A DNA stretch of 64,000 bases from a phage, in sequence record PZ386972.1. One strand, written 5' to 3'. Shown here piece after piece: positions 10,208 to 20,422 of this stretch; the stretch's first letter is position 1; each line of letters opens with the position of its first letter. Below the pieces are notes generated by a model. That model ran no database searches and was not told the DNA's origin. It worked only from the letters and a program-made list of their open reading frames with translations. The translations under genes and the position numbers were made by a program.

Positions 10208-10576
10208 ATGACTAAACAACAATATTTAATACTTTGTGAATCAATGGGTATAGAGCCTGATCCTAAGGCTATGCCTGTTGAACTTGAAGACTTTCCACCT
10301 ATTGTAGCTATTAGTATGAATATTTATAATAGTCTAATTGACTGTTTCATACCGGGTGACTTTCCTATTTTTATAGGTAAAGACAAAGCTGCTTTAGGTG
10401 TTTTATTTGATATTTATGGGATTACTGATCCTATAGAAAAAGAATTTGTTCTACACATTATCAATATATTTGATGCTAAAGCTGTAGATGCTGCACGTAA
10501 ACGTGCTGAGAAGCATAAACCGCAAAACGGAAGGATTCCTAACGTTAAGCCACATGCTAAATCTCGAGCACGGTAA
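10208..10576 (+). CDS. hypothetical protein in chaperone position upstream of tape measure
   Basis: 122-aa ORF; basic C-terminus; no obvious frameshift link to previous ORF. Confidence 0.4.
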   Translation: MTKQQYLILCESMGIEPDPKAMPVELEDFPPIVAISMNIYNSLIDCFIPGDFPIFIGKDKAALGVLFDIYGITDPIEKEFVLHIINIFDAKAVDAARKRAEKHKPQNGRIPNVKPHAKSRAR

Positions 10577-10611
10577 AAGTTTCCTCCAATGGGCGTTCCA
10601 CGATGAGGCTT

Positions 10612-10642
10612 GGCTCTGGGTGATTTGCCCAGAGCCTTTTTT
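10612..10642 (+). terminator. rho-independent terminator upstream of tape measure gene
   Basis: GGCTCTGGG-tgatttg-CCCAGAGCC hairpin followed by TTTTTT. Confidence 0.75.
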
Positions 10643-10658
10643 ATTGGGAAAAATAAAA
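10641..10658 (+). other. conserved post-terminator motif TTATTGGGAAAAATAAAA, copy 2, abutting ATG at 10660
   Basis: same motif as 5636-5651. Confidence 0.5.
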
Positions 10659-10659
10659 C

Positions 10660-13600
10660 ATGACTGATAAGCTAATACGAGAACTACTAATAGACGTTAA
10701 ACAGAAGGGGGCAACTCGTACTGCAAAGTCTATTGAAAACGTATCTGATGCGTTAGAAAACGCTGCTGCTGCTTCCGAACTGACAAATGAGCAGTTAGGT
10801 AAAATGCCCAAAACCCTTTACTCCATTGAGAGGGCAGCGGATAGAGCAGCGAAAAGTCTTACTAAAATGCAAGCAAGCCGAGGTATGCTTAGTGTTACTA
10901 AATCTATAAATGATATAGGAGCTAAGTTAGATGATCTTGCTATCCAACTTATTGAAGTAACAGATAAGCTAGAAATTGGATTCGATGGAGTTTCTAGATC
11001 TGTTAAAGCAATGGGTAATGATGTTGCAGCTGCAACAGAGAAAGTTCAAGATAGATTGTATGACACCAATAGAGTTTTAGGCGGTACAGCTAGAGGTTTT
11101 AATGATACTGCTGGTGCCGCTGGTAGAGCTTCTAGAGCTATTGGTAATACTTCTGGTTCAGCGCGTGGTGCAACTCGTGATTTTGCAGCAATGGCTAAGA
11201 TCGGTGGTAGTTTACCTATTATGTACGCAGCCCTTGCTTCCAACATCTTCGTTTTGCAATCTGCATTTGAACAACTTAAACTAGGTGATCAGCTAAATCG
11301 TCTAGAAAAATTTGGTGTTATAGTAGGTACTCAGACAGGTACTCCTGTTCAGACCCTTGCTAGATCACTACAAGAAGCTGCTGGATATGCTATTTCTTTT
11401 GAGGAAGCAATGAGACAGGCATCTTCAGCATCTGCTTATGGATTTGATGCCGAACAACTTAATAAATTTGGTTTAGTAGCTCGTCGTGCGGCTGCTGTTC
11501 TTGGCGTTGATATGACTGATGCACTTAACCGTGTAATTAAGGGCGTATCTAAACAAGAAATCGAACTTCTGGATGAACTTGGTGTCACCATTCGTCTTAA
11601 TGACGCATATGCTGATTATGTTAAACAGTTAAACGCTGCAAACACAGGTATAACATATAATATTAATAGCCTTACTACCTTCCAGAAACAGCAAGCATAC
11701 GCTAACGCGGTAATTGCTGAATCTACTAAGCGGTTTGGCTACCTAGATGAAGTACTACGTGCAACTCCATGGGAGCAATTTGCTGCTAATGCAGATGCTG
11801 CACTAAGAAAAATACAACAAGCTGCTGCCAAGTATTTAGGGCCAGTAATTGATGCTATCAACACAGTATTTTATACATCTCAGGCTTCTATATCTGCTGA
11901 GGCAGCTAGAGCTCAAGAAAAAACTAATAGACAGATAGATCCTAATAATGTAGGTGCTGTTGCTTTAAGTTTAGCTGCTTCTGAAGAAGGCTATAATAAA
12001 GCTCTAGATATGTATAAGGAATCTCTTGATAAGCGTAATAAGCTAAAATCTGAGTTCGATAAACGAATGGAACAGGCAGATTTCTATACAAAACTAGCTA
12101 TACGTCAAGTTGGTGAAGGTATTCCTGTTGGTCTTGCAGCAGCAGGTGCTTCGGAGGCCAATAAGCAATTTGTAGCAGAAACTGCAGCTATGGGTCTACA
12201 AGTAACTAGACTTGGTAAGGAAGTAGAGGATTCTACAGAGAATCTCAATGCTTGGAAATCAGCGTATCAAGCTGCTGGGGCTGCTGCTGCAAAGGCTAGT
12301 CCAGAGTTTCAGAAGCAAATTAATCTCCAGAGAGATACTACTGATCCTGATGCTGTATACGATTTTAACTCTACTGTATTAAAAGGACTAACTGAGCAGC
12401 AGAAAGCGTACAATCAGACTAAGAAAACTGCTAGTGACTTAGCTAATGACTTTCAAAATATAGCTAGTAGCACAGATACTGCTGCTAAAACCAGTGCAAC
12501 TTTTGAAGAGGTAATTAAAAACATATCGTCTCTATCCGCAGGAACTGGTAAGAGTGCTGATGATTATGTTAAAAGCCTCAACTTAGGGTTTAACACTCTG
12601 TCTGAAATGAAAACTGCGTCTCAGGCCTTATCTGAGTACGTTAAACTAACTGGTAATGAGACTAAGAACCAGTTAGCAGTTCAACAGAAGATAGCGGATG
12701 TATATAACCAAACTAAGGATAAAGAAAAAGCACAGGAAGCTGGTAGACGTTTAGAGTTGCAACAGTTAGAAGAGCAAGAAACTGCTTTACGCCGTGTTCT
12801 TCAAACAAACCAGGGAAATAAAGCTGTTGAGAAAGAAATTGAAAAAATTCAGCTGGAGAAACTTAAACTTACCAATCAAGGTATGGAAGCTCAGAAGAAG
12901 GTCAAGAATTACACAGATAAAATTCTTGGTGTAGATCGTGAGATAGCTCTCTTAAATAACCGTACTATGACAGATACTCAGTATCGTCTAGCACAGTTAA
13001 ATCTTGAATTGACCATTGAAAAAGAGAAGTATGAATGGTATACAAAACAAGCTGATAAACAGAAAGAGGCAGAACAGTCTAGACGTGCTCAAGCCCAAAT
13101 TGAACGTGAAATCTGGAAATTCCGTCAGGATCAGATTGCTTCAATGGCTGCTGGTAGAGAGGAAGAACAGCAAAGACAATTTACTGCTAAACCATTAATG
13201 GGAAATGCGGAGCGCTTACAGGAACAGCTAAAATTATATGAAGACTTAAAGCAGAAAACATTAGGTAATGCTGCGGCACAAGCGGAGTATAATAAAAAGA
13301 TAGCTGAAACTAGGGCACAACTAGCAGGTTTAAGAGCACAGAGAAATGCGGATATGCAAACTTCTGTTGGGTCTTCTTTAGGTGCTGTGTACACTCCTAC
13401 AACTGGGCTATCTGGAGAGGATAAAGATTTTGCTGATATGCAGAATAGGATGTCTTCATATGACCAAGCAATTTCTAAACTATCTGAGTTAAATTCCGAA
13501 GCTACTGCTGTAGCTCAAAGCATGGGTAATTTAACTAATGCTATGATTCAGTTCTCCATGGGATCTTTAGATACTACTTCCACGATCGCAGCAGGTATGC

Positions 13601-14340
13601 AGACTGTAGCCTCTATGATTCAATATAGTACTAGCCAACAAGTTAGTGCAATTGATCAGGCTATTGCAGCAGAACAGAAACGAGATGGTAAATCTGAAGC
13701 CTCTAAAGCTAAACTGAAAAAGTTAGAAGCTGAAAAGTTAAAAATCCAGCAAGATGCAGCTAAGAAACAAATTATTATCCAGACAGCAGTAGCAGTAATG
13801 CAAGCGGCAACAGCTGTACCATACCCGTTCTCTATTCCTTTGATGGTGGCGGCAGGTTTAGCAGGTGCCTTAGCTCTTGCTCAAGCATCTTCTGCGTCTG
13901 GCATGTCTTCTATTGCAGATTCTGGAGCAGATACTACTCAGTATCTAACTCTAGGTGAGCGACAGAAGAACGTTGATGTATCTATGCAAGCTAGTTCAGG
14001 AGAACTATCCTACTTACGTGGTGATAAGGGTATTGGTAATGCCAATTCATTTGTTCCGCGTGCTGAGGGTGGTATGATGTACCCTGGAGTAAGCTATCAA
14101 ATGGGTGAGCATGGTACCGAAGTAGTAACTCCTATGGTTCCTATGAAAGCCACACCTAATGATCAGCTTTCCGATGGATCAAAGACTACCTCTGGAAGAC
14201 CAATCATTCTGAATATTAGCACAATGGATGCTGCTAGCTTTAGAGATTTTGCATCGAATAATAGCACTGCTTTAAGAGATGCCGTGGAACTGGCTCTTAA
14301 TGAGAATGGATCCACCCTTAAATCTCTTGGTAATATGTAA
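10660..14340 (+). CDS. tail tape measure protein (pb2-like)
   Basis: 1226-aa ORF, largely alpha-helical/coiled-coil with Ala/Gln-rich low complexity and hydrophobic segment near C-terminus. Confidence 0.85.
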   Translation: MTDKLIRELLIDVKQKGATRTAKSIENVSDALENAAAASELTNEQLGKMPKTLYSIERAADRAAKSLTKMQASRGMLSVTKSINDIGAKLDDLAIQLIEVTDKLEIGFDGVSRSVKAMGNDVAAATEKVQDRLYDTNRVLGGTARGFNDTAGAAGRASRAIGNTSGSARGATRDFAAMAKIGGSLPIMYAALASNIFVLQSAFEQLKLGDQLNRLEKFGVIVGTQTGTPVQTLARSLQEAAGYAISFEEAMRQASSASAYGFDAEQLNKFGLVARRAAAVLGVDMTDALNRVIKGVSKQEIELLDELGVTIRLNDAYADYVKQLNAANTGITYNINSLTTFQKQQAYANAVIAESTKRFGYLDEVLRATPWEQFAANADAALRKIQQAAAKYLGPVIDAINTVFYTSQASISAEAARAQEKTNRQIDPNNVGAVALSLAASEEGYNKALDMYKESLDKRNKLKSEFDKRMEQADFYTKLAIRQVGEGIPVGLAAAGASEANKQFVAETAAMGLQVTRLGKEVEDSTENLNAWKSAYQAAGAAAAKASPEFQKQINLQRDTTDPDAVYDFNSTVLKGLTEQQKAYNQTKKTASDLANDFQNIASSTDTAAKTSATFEEVIKNISSLSAGTGKSADDYVKSLNLGFNTLSEMKTASQALSEYVKLTGNETKNQLAVQQKIADVYNQTKDKEKAQEAGRRLELQQLEEQETALRRVLQTNQGNKAVEKEIEKIQLEKLKLTNQGMEAQKKVKNYTDKILGVDREIALLNNRTMTDTQYRLAQLNLELTIEKEKYEWYTKQADKQKEAEQSRRAQAQIEREIWKFRQDQIASMAAGREEEQQRQFTAKPLMGNAERLQEQLKLYEDLKQKTLGNAAAQAEYNKKIAETRAQLAGLRAQRNADMQTSVGSSLGAVYTPTTGLSGEDKDFADMQNRMSSYDQAISKLSELNSEATAVAQSMGNLTNAMIQFSMGSLDTTSTIAAGMQTVASMIQYSTSQQVSAIDQAIAAEQKRDGKSEASKAKLKKLEAEKLKIQQDAAKKQIIIQTAVAVMQAATAVPYPFSIPLMVAAGLAGALALAQASSASGMSSIADSGADTTQYLTLGERQKNVDVSMQASSGELSYLRGDKGIGNANSFVPRAEGGMMYPGVSYQMGEHGTEVVTPMVPMKATPNDQLSDGSKTTSGRPIILNISTMDAASFRDFASNNSTALRDAVELALNENGSTLKSLGNM

Positions 14341-14346
14341 TATTGG

Positions 14347-14374
14347 AGGAGGACTTTATGTCCTCCTTTTCTTT
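14347..14374 (+). terminator. rho-independent terminator after tape measure gene
   Basis: AGGAGGAC-tttat-GTCCTCCT hairpin followed by TTTTCTTT. Confidence 0.75.
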
Positions 14375-14389
14375 ATGGAAAAATAAAAA
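14372..14389 (+). other. conserved post-terminator motif TTTATGGAAAAATAAAAA, copy 3
   Basis: same motif family as 5636 and 10641. Confidence 0.45.
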
Positions 14390-14393
14390 TTTC

Positions 14394-14422
14394 TTGATAA
14401 AATTTTCCAATACTATTATAAT
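14394..14422 (+). promoter_or_regulatory. sigma70-consensus promoter (TTGATA, 17 bp, TATAAT) inside late operon, upstream of distal tail gene
   Basis: hexamers and spacing read directly; followed by AAAGAGGAGAAA RBS and ATG at 14450. Confidence 0.55.
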
Positions 14423-14449
14423 ATTGTTATTAAAGAGGAGAAATTAACT

Positions 14450-15064
14450 ATGAGACTACCAGATCCATACACGAACCCAGAATACCCAGGGTTAGGTTTT
14501 GAAAGCGTCAACGTAGTAGATAATGACCCTATGATTCGTGATGAATTACCTAATGGTAAAGTCAAAGAGGTTAAAATATCTGCTCAATACTGGGGAATTA
14601 ATATCTCATACCCGGAACTTTTCCCAGATGAATATGCGTTCCTAGATTCTAAAATTTTAGAATATAAAAGAACTGGAGATTATCTAGAAGTACTTCTACC
14701 TCAGTATGAAGCATTTAGAGTACGTGGTGATACTAAAAGTGTTAATATACCAGCAGGACAGAAAGGTTCCCAGATTATACTAAATACTAATGGAACCTTA
14801 ATAGGACTACCAAAAGCTGGAGACCTATTTAAGTTATCCAGTCACCCAAAAGTCTATAAAATAACAAACTTTACTAGCTCAGGAAATGTATGGAGCTTAT
14901 CCCTATACCCTGACCTATTTATTACTACTACGGGTAGTGAAAAACCAGTTTTTAATGGTATCCTATTTAGAACTAAGCTAATGAATGCTGATTCTTTTGG
15001 TTCTACATTAAATAACAATGGTACTTACTCTGGTATTTCACTTTCCTTGAGGGAAAGTCTATGA
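14450..15064 (+). CDS. distal tail protein (Dit, pb9-like)
   Basis: 204-aa ORF directly downstream of tape measure, upstream of large baseplate protein. Confidence 0.55.
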   Translation: MRLPDPYTNPEYPGLGFESVNVVDNDPMIRDELPNGKVKEVKISAQYWGINISYPELFPDEYAFLDSKILEYKRTGDYLEVLLPQYEAFRVRGDTKSVNIPAGQKGSQIILNTNGTLIGLPKAGDLFKLSSHPKVYKITNFTSSGNVWSLSLYPDLFITTTGSEKPVFNGILFRTKLMNADSFGSTLNNNGTYSGISLSLRESL

Positions 15065-17910
15065 AGCAGATACTCGATAGTGCTAAAACATATCTTAATA
15101 CTCATGACAAGCTAAAAACAGCTTGTCTTATAGCTTTAGAGCTTCCTAGCTCATCTGGTTCCGCAGCTACTTATATATACCTGACAGACTATTTTAGAGA
15201 TGTTACATATAATGGTATTTTGTACAGATCAGGTAAAGTAAAAAGTATAAGCTCTCATAAACAGAATCGTCAATTATCTATTGGTAGCTTATCTTTTACA
15301 ATAACTGGTACAGCAGAAGATGAAGTATTAAAACTAGTTCAAAATGGGGTATCTTTCTTAGATAGAACTATTACTATACATCAAGCGATAATTGATGAAG
15401 AAGGAAATATTCTTCCAGTAGATCCTAGTACAGACGGCCCTTTATTATTCTTCCGTGGTAGAATTACCGGAGGTGGAATAAAAGATAATGTTACTACTTC
15501 AGGGATAGGAACCTCTGTTATCACATGGAACTGTTCCAACCAGTTCTATGACTTTGATAGGGTGAATGGTCGTTATACCGATGATGCTTCTCATCGAGGA
15601 CTTGAAGTTGTTAATGGACAATTACAGCCTTCTAATGGGGCTAAACGTCCTGAATATCAAGAAGACTATGGATTCTTCCACTCTAATAAAAGTACCACTA
15701 TCTTAGCTAAGTATCAAGTAAAAGAAGAACGCTATAAACTTCAGTCCAAGAAGAAACTTTTTGGGCTATCAAGAAGTTACAGTCTTAAAAAGTATTATGA
15801 GACTGTAACTAAAGAAGTTGATTTAGACTTTAACTTAGCTGCTAAATTTATACCTGTTGTATATGGGGTTCAGAAAATTCCTGGTATACCTATTTTTGCA
15901 GATACTGAGCTAAATAACCCTAATATAGTGTATGTAGTCTATGCTTTTTCGGAAGGAGAAATCGATGGATTCCTAGATTTCTATATTGGGGACAGCCCAA
16001 TGATCTGTTTCGATGAAATGGATTCCAATGCTAGAACCTGCTTCGGTCGTAAGAAACTAGTGGGTGATACAATGCATAGACTAGCTGCTGGTACAAGCAC
16101 GTCTCAACCTTCTGTTCATGGTCAGGAGTATAAGTATAATGATGGTAATGGTGACATAAGAATATGGACTTTTCATGGAAAACCAGACCAGACAGCAGCT
16201 CAAGTATTAGTGGATATTGCTAAAAGAAAAGGTTTCTATTTACAGAATCAAAATGGCAATGGACCAGAATACTGGGATTCTCGTTATAAGCTCTTAGACA
16301 CAGCCTACGCTGTAGTTAGATTTACTATTAATGAGAATAGAACTGAAATTCCAGAAATTAGTGCTGAAGTACAAGGTAAGAAAGTCAAAGTATATAGTTC
16401 TGACGGTACTGTAAAAGCAGATAAAACTAGTCTAAATGGTATCTGGCAACTTATGGATTACCTGACTTCAGATCGTTACGGGGCTAATATAACTCTAGAC
16501 CAGTTCCCTCTACAAAAGATTGTATCAGAAGCAAAAATACTTGATATAATTGATGAGTCCTATCAGGTTAGTTGGCAACCTTACTGGCGTTACGTTGGAT
16601 GGAGTGATTCTATATCTGAACATCGTCAAGTAGTTCAATTAAACACCATACTAGATACTTCTGAATCAGTTTTTAAAAACGTTCAAGGTATATTAGAATC
16701 ATTTGGTGGGGCTATAAATAACCTGTCAGGTGAGTATAGGATAACAGTAGAAAAACATTCTACAACTCCACTAAAAATAGGTTTTCTAGACACTTATGGT
16801 GACTTAGACTTATCTGATACTACTGGTAGAAATAAATTTAACTCAGTACAAGCATCCCTAGTAGACCCTGCGCTAAGTTGGAAAACAAACTCTATTACAT
16901 TCTATAACTCTAAGTTTAAAGAACAAGATAAGGGTCTGGATAAAAAACTTCAGCTATCTTTTGCAAATATTACTAACTACTATACTGCTAGGAGTTACGC
17001 AGATAGAGAACTTAAGAAATCTAGATACTCCCGTACTTTAAGTTTTTCTGTACCATATAAATTTATAGGTATAGAGCCTAACGATCCTATTGCTTTCACA
17101 TATGAACGTTATGGCTGGAAAGATAAATTCTTCCTGGTTGACGAAGTAGAAAATACTCGTGATGGTAAAATTAATCTAGTCCTCCAAGAGTATGGAGAAG
17201 ATGTATTTATTAATTCCGAGCAGGTAGATAATAGTGGTAATGATATTCCTGATATTAGTAATAACGTTCTACCTCCTAGAGACTTTAAGTACACTCCTAC
17301 TCCAGGTGGCGTAGTTGGTGCTATAGGCAAAAATGGGGAACTATCTTGGCTACCTAGTCTTACTAATAACGTAGTATATTATTCTATAGCTCATTCAGGT
17401 CATGTAGATCCTTACATAATTCAGCAATTAGAGAATAATCCTAATGAAAGGATGATTCAGGAGATTATAGGTGAGCCTGCTGGTTTAGCTATTTTTGAAC
17501 TACGTGCTGTTGATATTAATGGTAGACGTAGCTCTCCTGTTACTCTTTCCGTGGATCTTAACTCTGCTAGAAACTTGAGTGTAGTTAGTAACTTCAGAGT
17601 AACTAATACAGCTTCTGGAGATGTAACCGAATTTGTTGGTCCAGATGTGAAACTTGCTTGGGATAAGATACCTGAGGAAGAAATAATTCCAGAAATCTAT
17701 TACACTCTAGAAATACATGATTCTCAGGATAGAATGCTTCGTAGTATTAGGATAGAGGATGCCTATACCTATGACTATCTATTAACATATAATAAGGCGG
17801 ATTTTGCACTATTAAACTCCGGTGCTTTAGGAATTAATCGTAAACTACGATTTAGGATTAGAGCAGAGGGGGAAAATGGTGAGCAATCTGTTGGTTGGGC
17901 TACTATTTAA
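15061..17910 (+). CDS. baseplate hub / tail tip protein (pb3-like)
   Basis: 949-aa ORF, start overlaps Dit stop; size and position. Confidence 0.65.
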   Translation: MKQILDSAKTYLNTHDKLKTACLIALELPSSSGSAATYIYLTDYFRDVTYNGILYRSGKVKSISSHKQNRQLSIGSLSFTITGTAEDEVLKLVQNGVSFLDRTITIHQAIIDEEGNILPVDPSTDGPLLFFRGRITGGGIKDNVTTSGIGTSVITWNCSNQFYDFDRVNGRYTDDASHRGLEVVNGQLQPSNGAKRPEYQEDYGFFHSNKSTTILAKYQVKEERYKLQSKKKLFGLSRSYSLKKYYETVTKEVDLDFNLAAKFIPVVYGVQKIPGIPIFADTELNNPNIVYVVYAFSEGEIDGFLDFYIGDSPMICFDEMDSNARTCFGRKKLVGDTMHRLAAGTSTSQPSVHGQEYKYNDGNGDIRIWTFHGKPDQTAAQVLVDIAKRKGFYLQNQNGNGPEYWDSRYKLLDTAYAVVRFTINENRTEIPEISAEVQGKKVKVYSSDGTVKADKTSLNGIWQLMDYLTSDRYGANITLDQFPLQKIVSEAKILDIIDESYQVSWQPYWRYVGWSDSISEHRQVVQLNTILDTSESVFKNVQGILESFGGAINNLSGEYRITVEKHSTTPLKIGFLDTYGDLDLSDTTGRNKFNSVQASLVDPALSWKTNSITFYNSKFKEQDKGLDKKLQLSFANITNYYTARSYADRELKKSRYSRTLSFSVPYKFIGIEPNDPIAFTYERYGWKDKFFLVDEVENTRDGKINLVLQEYGEDVFINSEQVDNSGNDIPDISNNVLPPRDFKYTPTPGGVVGAIGKNGELSWLPSLTNNVVYYSIAHSGHVDPYIIQQLENNPNERMIQEIIGEPAGLAIFELRAVDINGRRSSPVTLSVDLNSARNLSVVSNFRVTNTASGDVTEFVGPDVKLAWDKIPEEEIIPEIYYTLEIHDSQDRMLRSIRIEDAYTYDYLLTYNKADFALLNSGALGINRKLRFRIRAEGENGEQSVGWATI

Positions 17911-19995
17911 ATGATTTCAAATAATGCACCAGCTAAAATGGTCCTAAATAGCGTCTTAACTGGATATACGTTGGCGTATATCCAGCATTCTATCTACTCT
18001 GATTATGACGTTATAGGCAGGTCTTTTTGGCTTAAAGAAGGTAGCAACGTTACTCGTAGAGATTTTACTGGGGTTGATACCTTCTCTGTAACTATTAATA
18101 ACCTAAAACCTACAACAACTTATGAAGTTCAGGGTGCATTTTATGATTCTATAATAGACTCTGAACTGCTTAATGCTCAGATAGGTATTAATCTATCTGA
18201 TAAACAAACTTTTAAAATGAAATCAGCACCTAGAATTACAGGTGCTAGGTGTGAATCAGAGCCTGTAGACGTAGGTGTTGGAGCGCCAATAGTTTATATA
18301 GATACTACAGGAGAAGCTGATTATTGTACTATAGAATTAAAAAATAATTCTAATGCTAATAATCCGTGGGTTAAATATTACGTTGGTGCACTAATGCCAA
18401 CTATTATGTTCGGTGGCGTGCCAATCGGATTCTATAAAGTAAGAATTTCTGGTCAAATAAGCCTACCAGACGGTGTTACTATTGATTCATCTGGATACTA
18501 TGAGTATCCTACTGTCTTTGAAGTTAATTATAATTTTGTTCCTCCTACCGCACCCACTAATATTGAGTTTAAAGCAGCGCGCATTGCAGACGGTAAAGAA
18601 CGCTATGATTTACGTGTGCAATGGGATTGGAATAGAGGCACAGGTGCTAACGTTCGTGAATTCGTTCTATCTTATATAGCTTCAGCAGAATTTGCTAGAA
18701 CTGGATGGACTAAGGCACAAAAAATCAACGTGGGGGCTGCTCAGTCGGCAACAATTATATCATTCCCATGGAAAGTAGAGCATAAATTTAAAGTGTCATC
18801 TATTGCTTGGGGACCAGGTGCTCAAGATGTTATCGATTCCGCAGTACAGACATTTATGCTAAAGGAGGATACTCCACTAGATAACAGTTTTGTAAATGAA
18901 ACTGGTATTGAAGTAAACTACGCGTACATTAAAGGCAAGATCAAAGATGGTTCTACCTGGAAACAAACCTTCTTAATAGATGCTGCCACCGGTGCTATTA
19001 ATATAGGTCTTCTAGATGCTGAAGGAAAAGCACCAATATCTTTTGACCCTATTAAAAAGATAGTTAACGTTGATGGAAGTGTAATAACTAAAACTATTAA
19101 CGCTGCTAACTTTGTCATGACTAATTTAACCGGTCAAGATAACCCAGCAATTTATACTCAAGGCAAAACTTGGGGTGATACAAGATCTGGTATCTGGATG
19201 GGTATGGATAATGCTACTGCTAAACCAAAACTGGATATTGGCAATGCTACCCAGTACATTCGTTACGACGGTGATACATTAAGAATCTCTAGTGGGGTTG
19301 TAATTGGTACACCTAACGGTGACATCGATATAGCAACAGGTATACAAGGTAAGCAAACAGTGTTTATCTATATTCTAGGAACCTCACTACCTGCTAAGCC
19401 TACAAGCCCTGCATATCCACCTTCAGGTTGGTCAAAAACTCCACCTAATAGAACATCTAATACTCAAAATATTTACTGTTCTACAGGTACCTTAGATCCT
19501 GTTACTAATCAATTAGTATCTGGAACTAGTTGGTCAGATGTGGTTCAATGGAGTGGTACAGAAGGTGTTGATGGTAGGCCAGGAGCTGATGGAAAACCAG
19601 GGACAGACGGACAACGTGGTCCTGGAATGTATTCTCTTGCTATTGCAAATTTAACCGCATGGAATGATTCTCAGGCTAATTCGTTTTTTACGTCTAACTT
19701 TGGTACTGGTCCTGTTAAATATGATGTATTAACCGAGTATAAAAGTGGGGCACCAGGAACAGCGTTTACTAGACAGTGGAATGGTTCAGCATGGGCTAGC
19801 CCTGCAATGGTTTTACATGGTGATATGATAGTTAATGGTACAGTAACTGCTAGTAAAATTGTTGCTAATAACGCTTTCTTATCACAAATTGGTGTAAATA
19901 TTATATATGATCGTGCAGCAGCACTATCCTCTAATCCAGAGGGATCTTACAAAATGAAGATAGACCTGCAAAACGGGTATATCCATATAAGGTAA
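17911..19995 (+). CDS. tail tip protein with collagen-like Gly-X-Y stretch (pb4-like)
   Basis: 694-aa ORF; [21 protein letters not shown] motif; ATG overlaps previous stop. Confidence 0.6.
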   Translation: MISNNAPAKMVLNSVLTGYTLAYIQHSIYSDYDVIGRSFWLKEGSNVTRRDFTGVDTFSVTINNLKPTTTYEVQGAFYDSIIDSELLNAQIGINLSDKQTFKMKSAPRITGARCESEPVDVGVGAPIVYIDTTGEADYCTIELKNNSNANNPWVKYYVGALMPTIMFGGVPIGFYKVRISGQISLPDGVTIDSSGYYEYPTVFEVNYNFVPPTAPTNIEFKAARIADGKERYDLRVQWDWNRGTGANVREFVLSYIASAEFARTGWTKAQKINVGAAQSATIISFPWKVEHKFKVSSIAWGPGAQDVIDSAVQTFMLKEDTPLDNSFVNETGIEVNYAYIKGKIKDGSTWKQTFLIDAATGAINIGLLDAEGKAPISFDPIKKIVNVDGSVITKTINAANFVMTNLTGQDNPAIYTQGKTWGDTRSGIWMGMDNATAKPKLDIGNATQYIRYDGDTLRISSGVVIGTPNGDIDIATGIQGKQTVFIYILGTSLPAKPTSPAYPPSGWSKTPPNRTSNTQNIYCSTGTLDPVTNQLVSGTSWSDVVQWSGTEGVDGRPGADGKPGTDGQRGPGMYSLAIANLTAWNDSQANSFFTSNFGTGPVKYDVLTEYKSGAPGTAFTRQWNGSAWASPAMVLHGDMIVNGTVTASKIVANNAFLSQIGVNIIYDRAAALSSNPEGSYKMKIDLQNGYIHIR

Positions 19996-19999
19996 AATA

Positions 20000-20422
20000 A
20001 TGAGTACAGAAAATAGAGTTATTGATTTAGTAGTAGACGAAAACGTACCTTATGGTTTACTTATGCAATTTATGGATGTAGATGATAGTGTTTATCCTGC
20101 TACATCTAAGCCAGTAGATCTTACTGGCTTCTCTCTTAGAGGAAGTATTAAAAGTAGTTTAGAAGATGGGGCTGAAAATTTAGCATCTTTTACTACATCT
20201 ATTATTGATGCGAATCAAGGAGTAGCATCCATAAGTCTACCTGTTAGTGCCGTAACTACTATTGCATCTAAAGCATCCAAAGAAAGGGACAAGTATAACC
20301 CTAGACAAAGGCTAGCTGGATACTATGATGTTATAATTACTAGAACAGCCGTTGGTAATGCTGCTAGCTCTTTCCGTATTATGGAAGGCAAAGTTTATAT
20401 TAGCGATGGGGTAACTCAATAA
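20000..20422 (+). CDS. collar / fibre attachment protein (putative)
   Basis: 140-aa ORF between tail tip protein and long fibre gene. Confidence 0.45.
   Translation: MSTENRVIDLVVDENVPYGLLMQFMDVDDSVYPATSKPVDLTGFSLRGSIKSSLEDGAENLASFTTSIIDANQGVASISLPVSAVTTIASKASKERDKYNPRQRLAGYYDVIITRTAVGNAASSFRIMEGKVYISDGVTQ

Noticed and set aside
9742-10576. Programmed -1 frameshift between the two ORFs upstream of the tape measure gene
   Set aside because: The -1 frame is closed by stops just upstream of the first ORF stop codon, and no slippery heptamer was found; the two ORFs appear to be separate genes about 60 nt apart.
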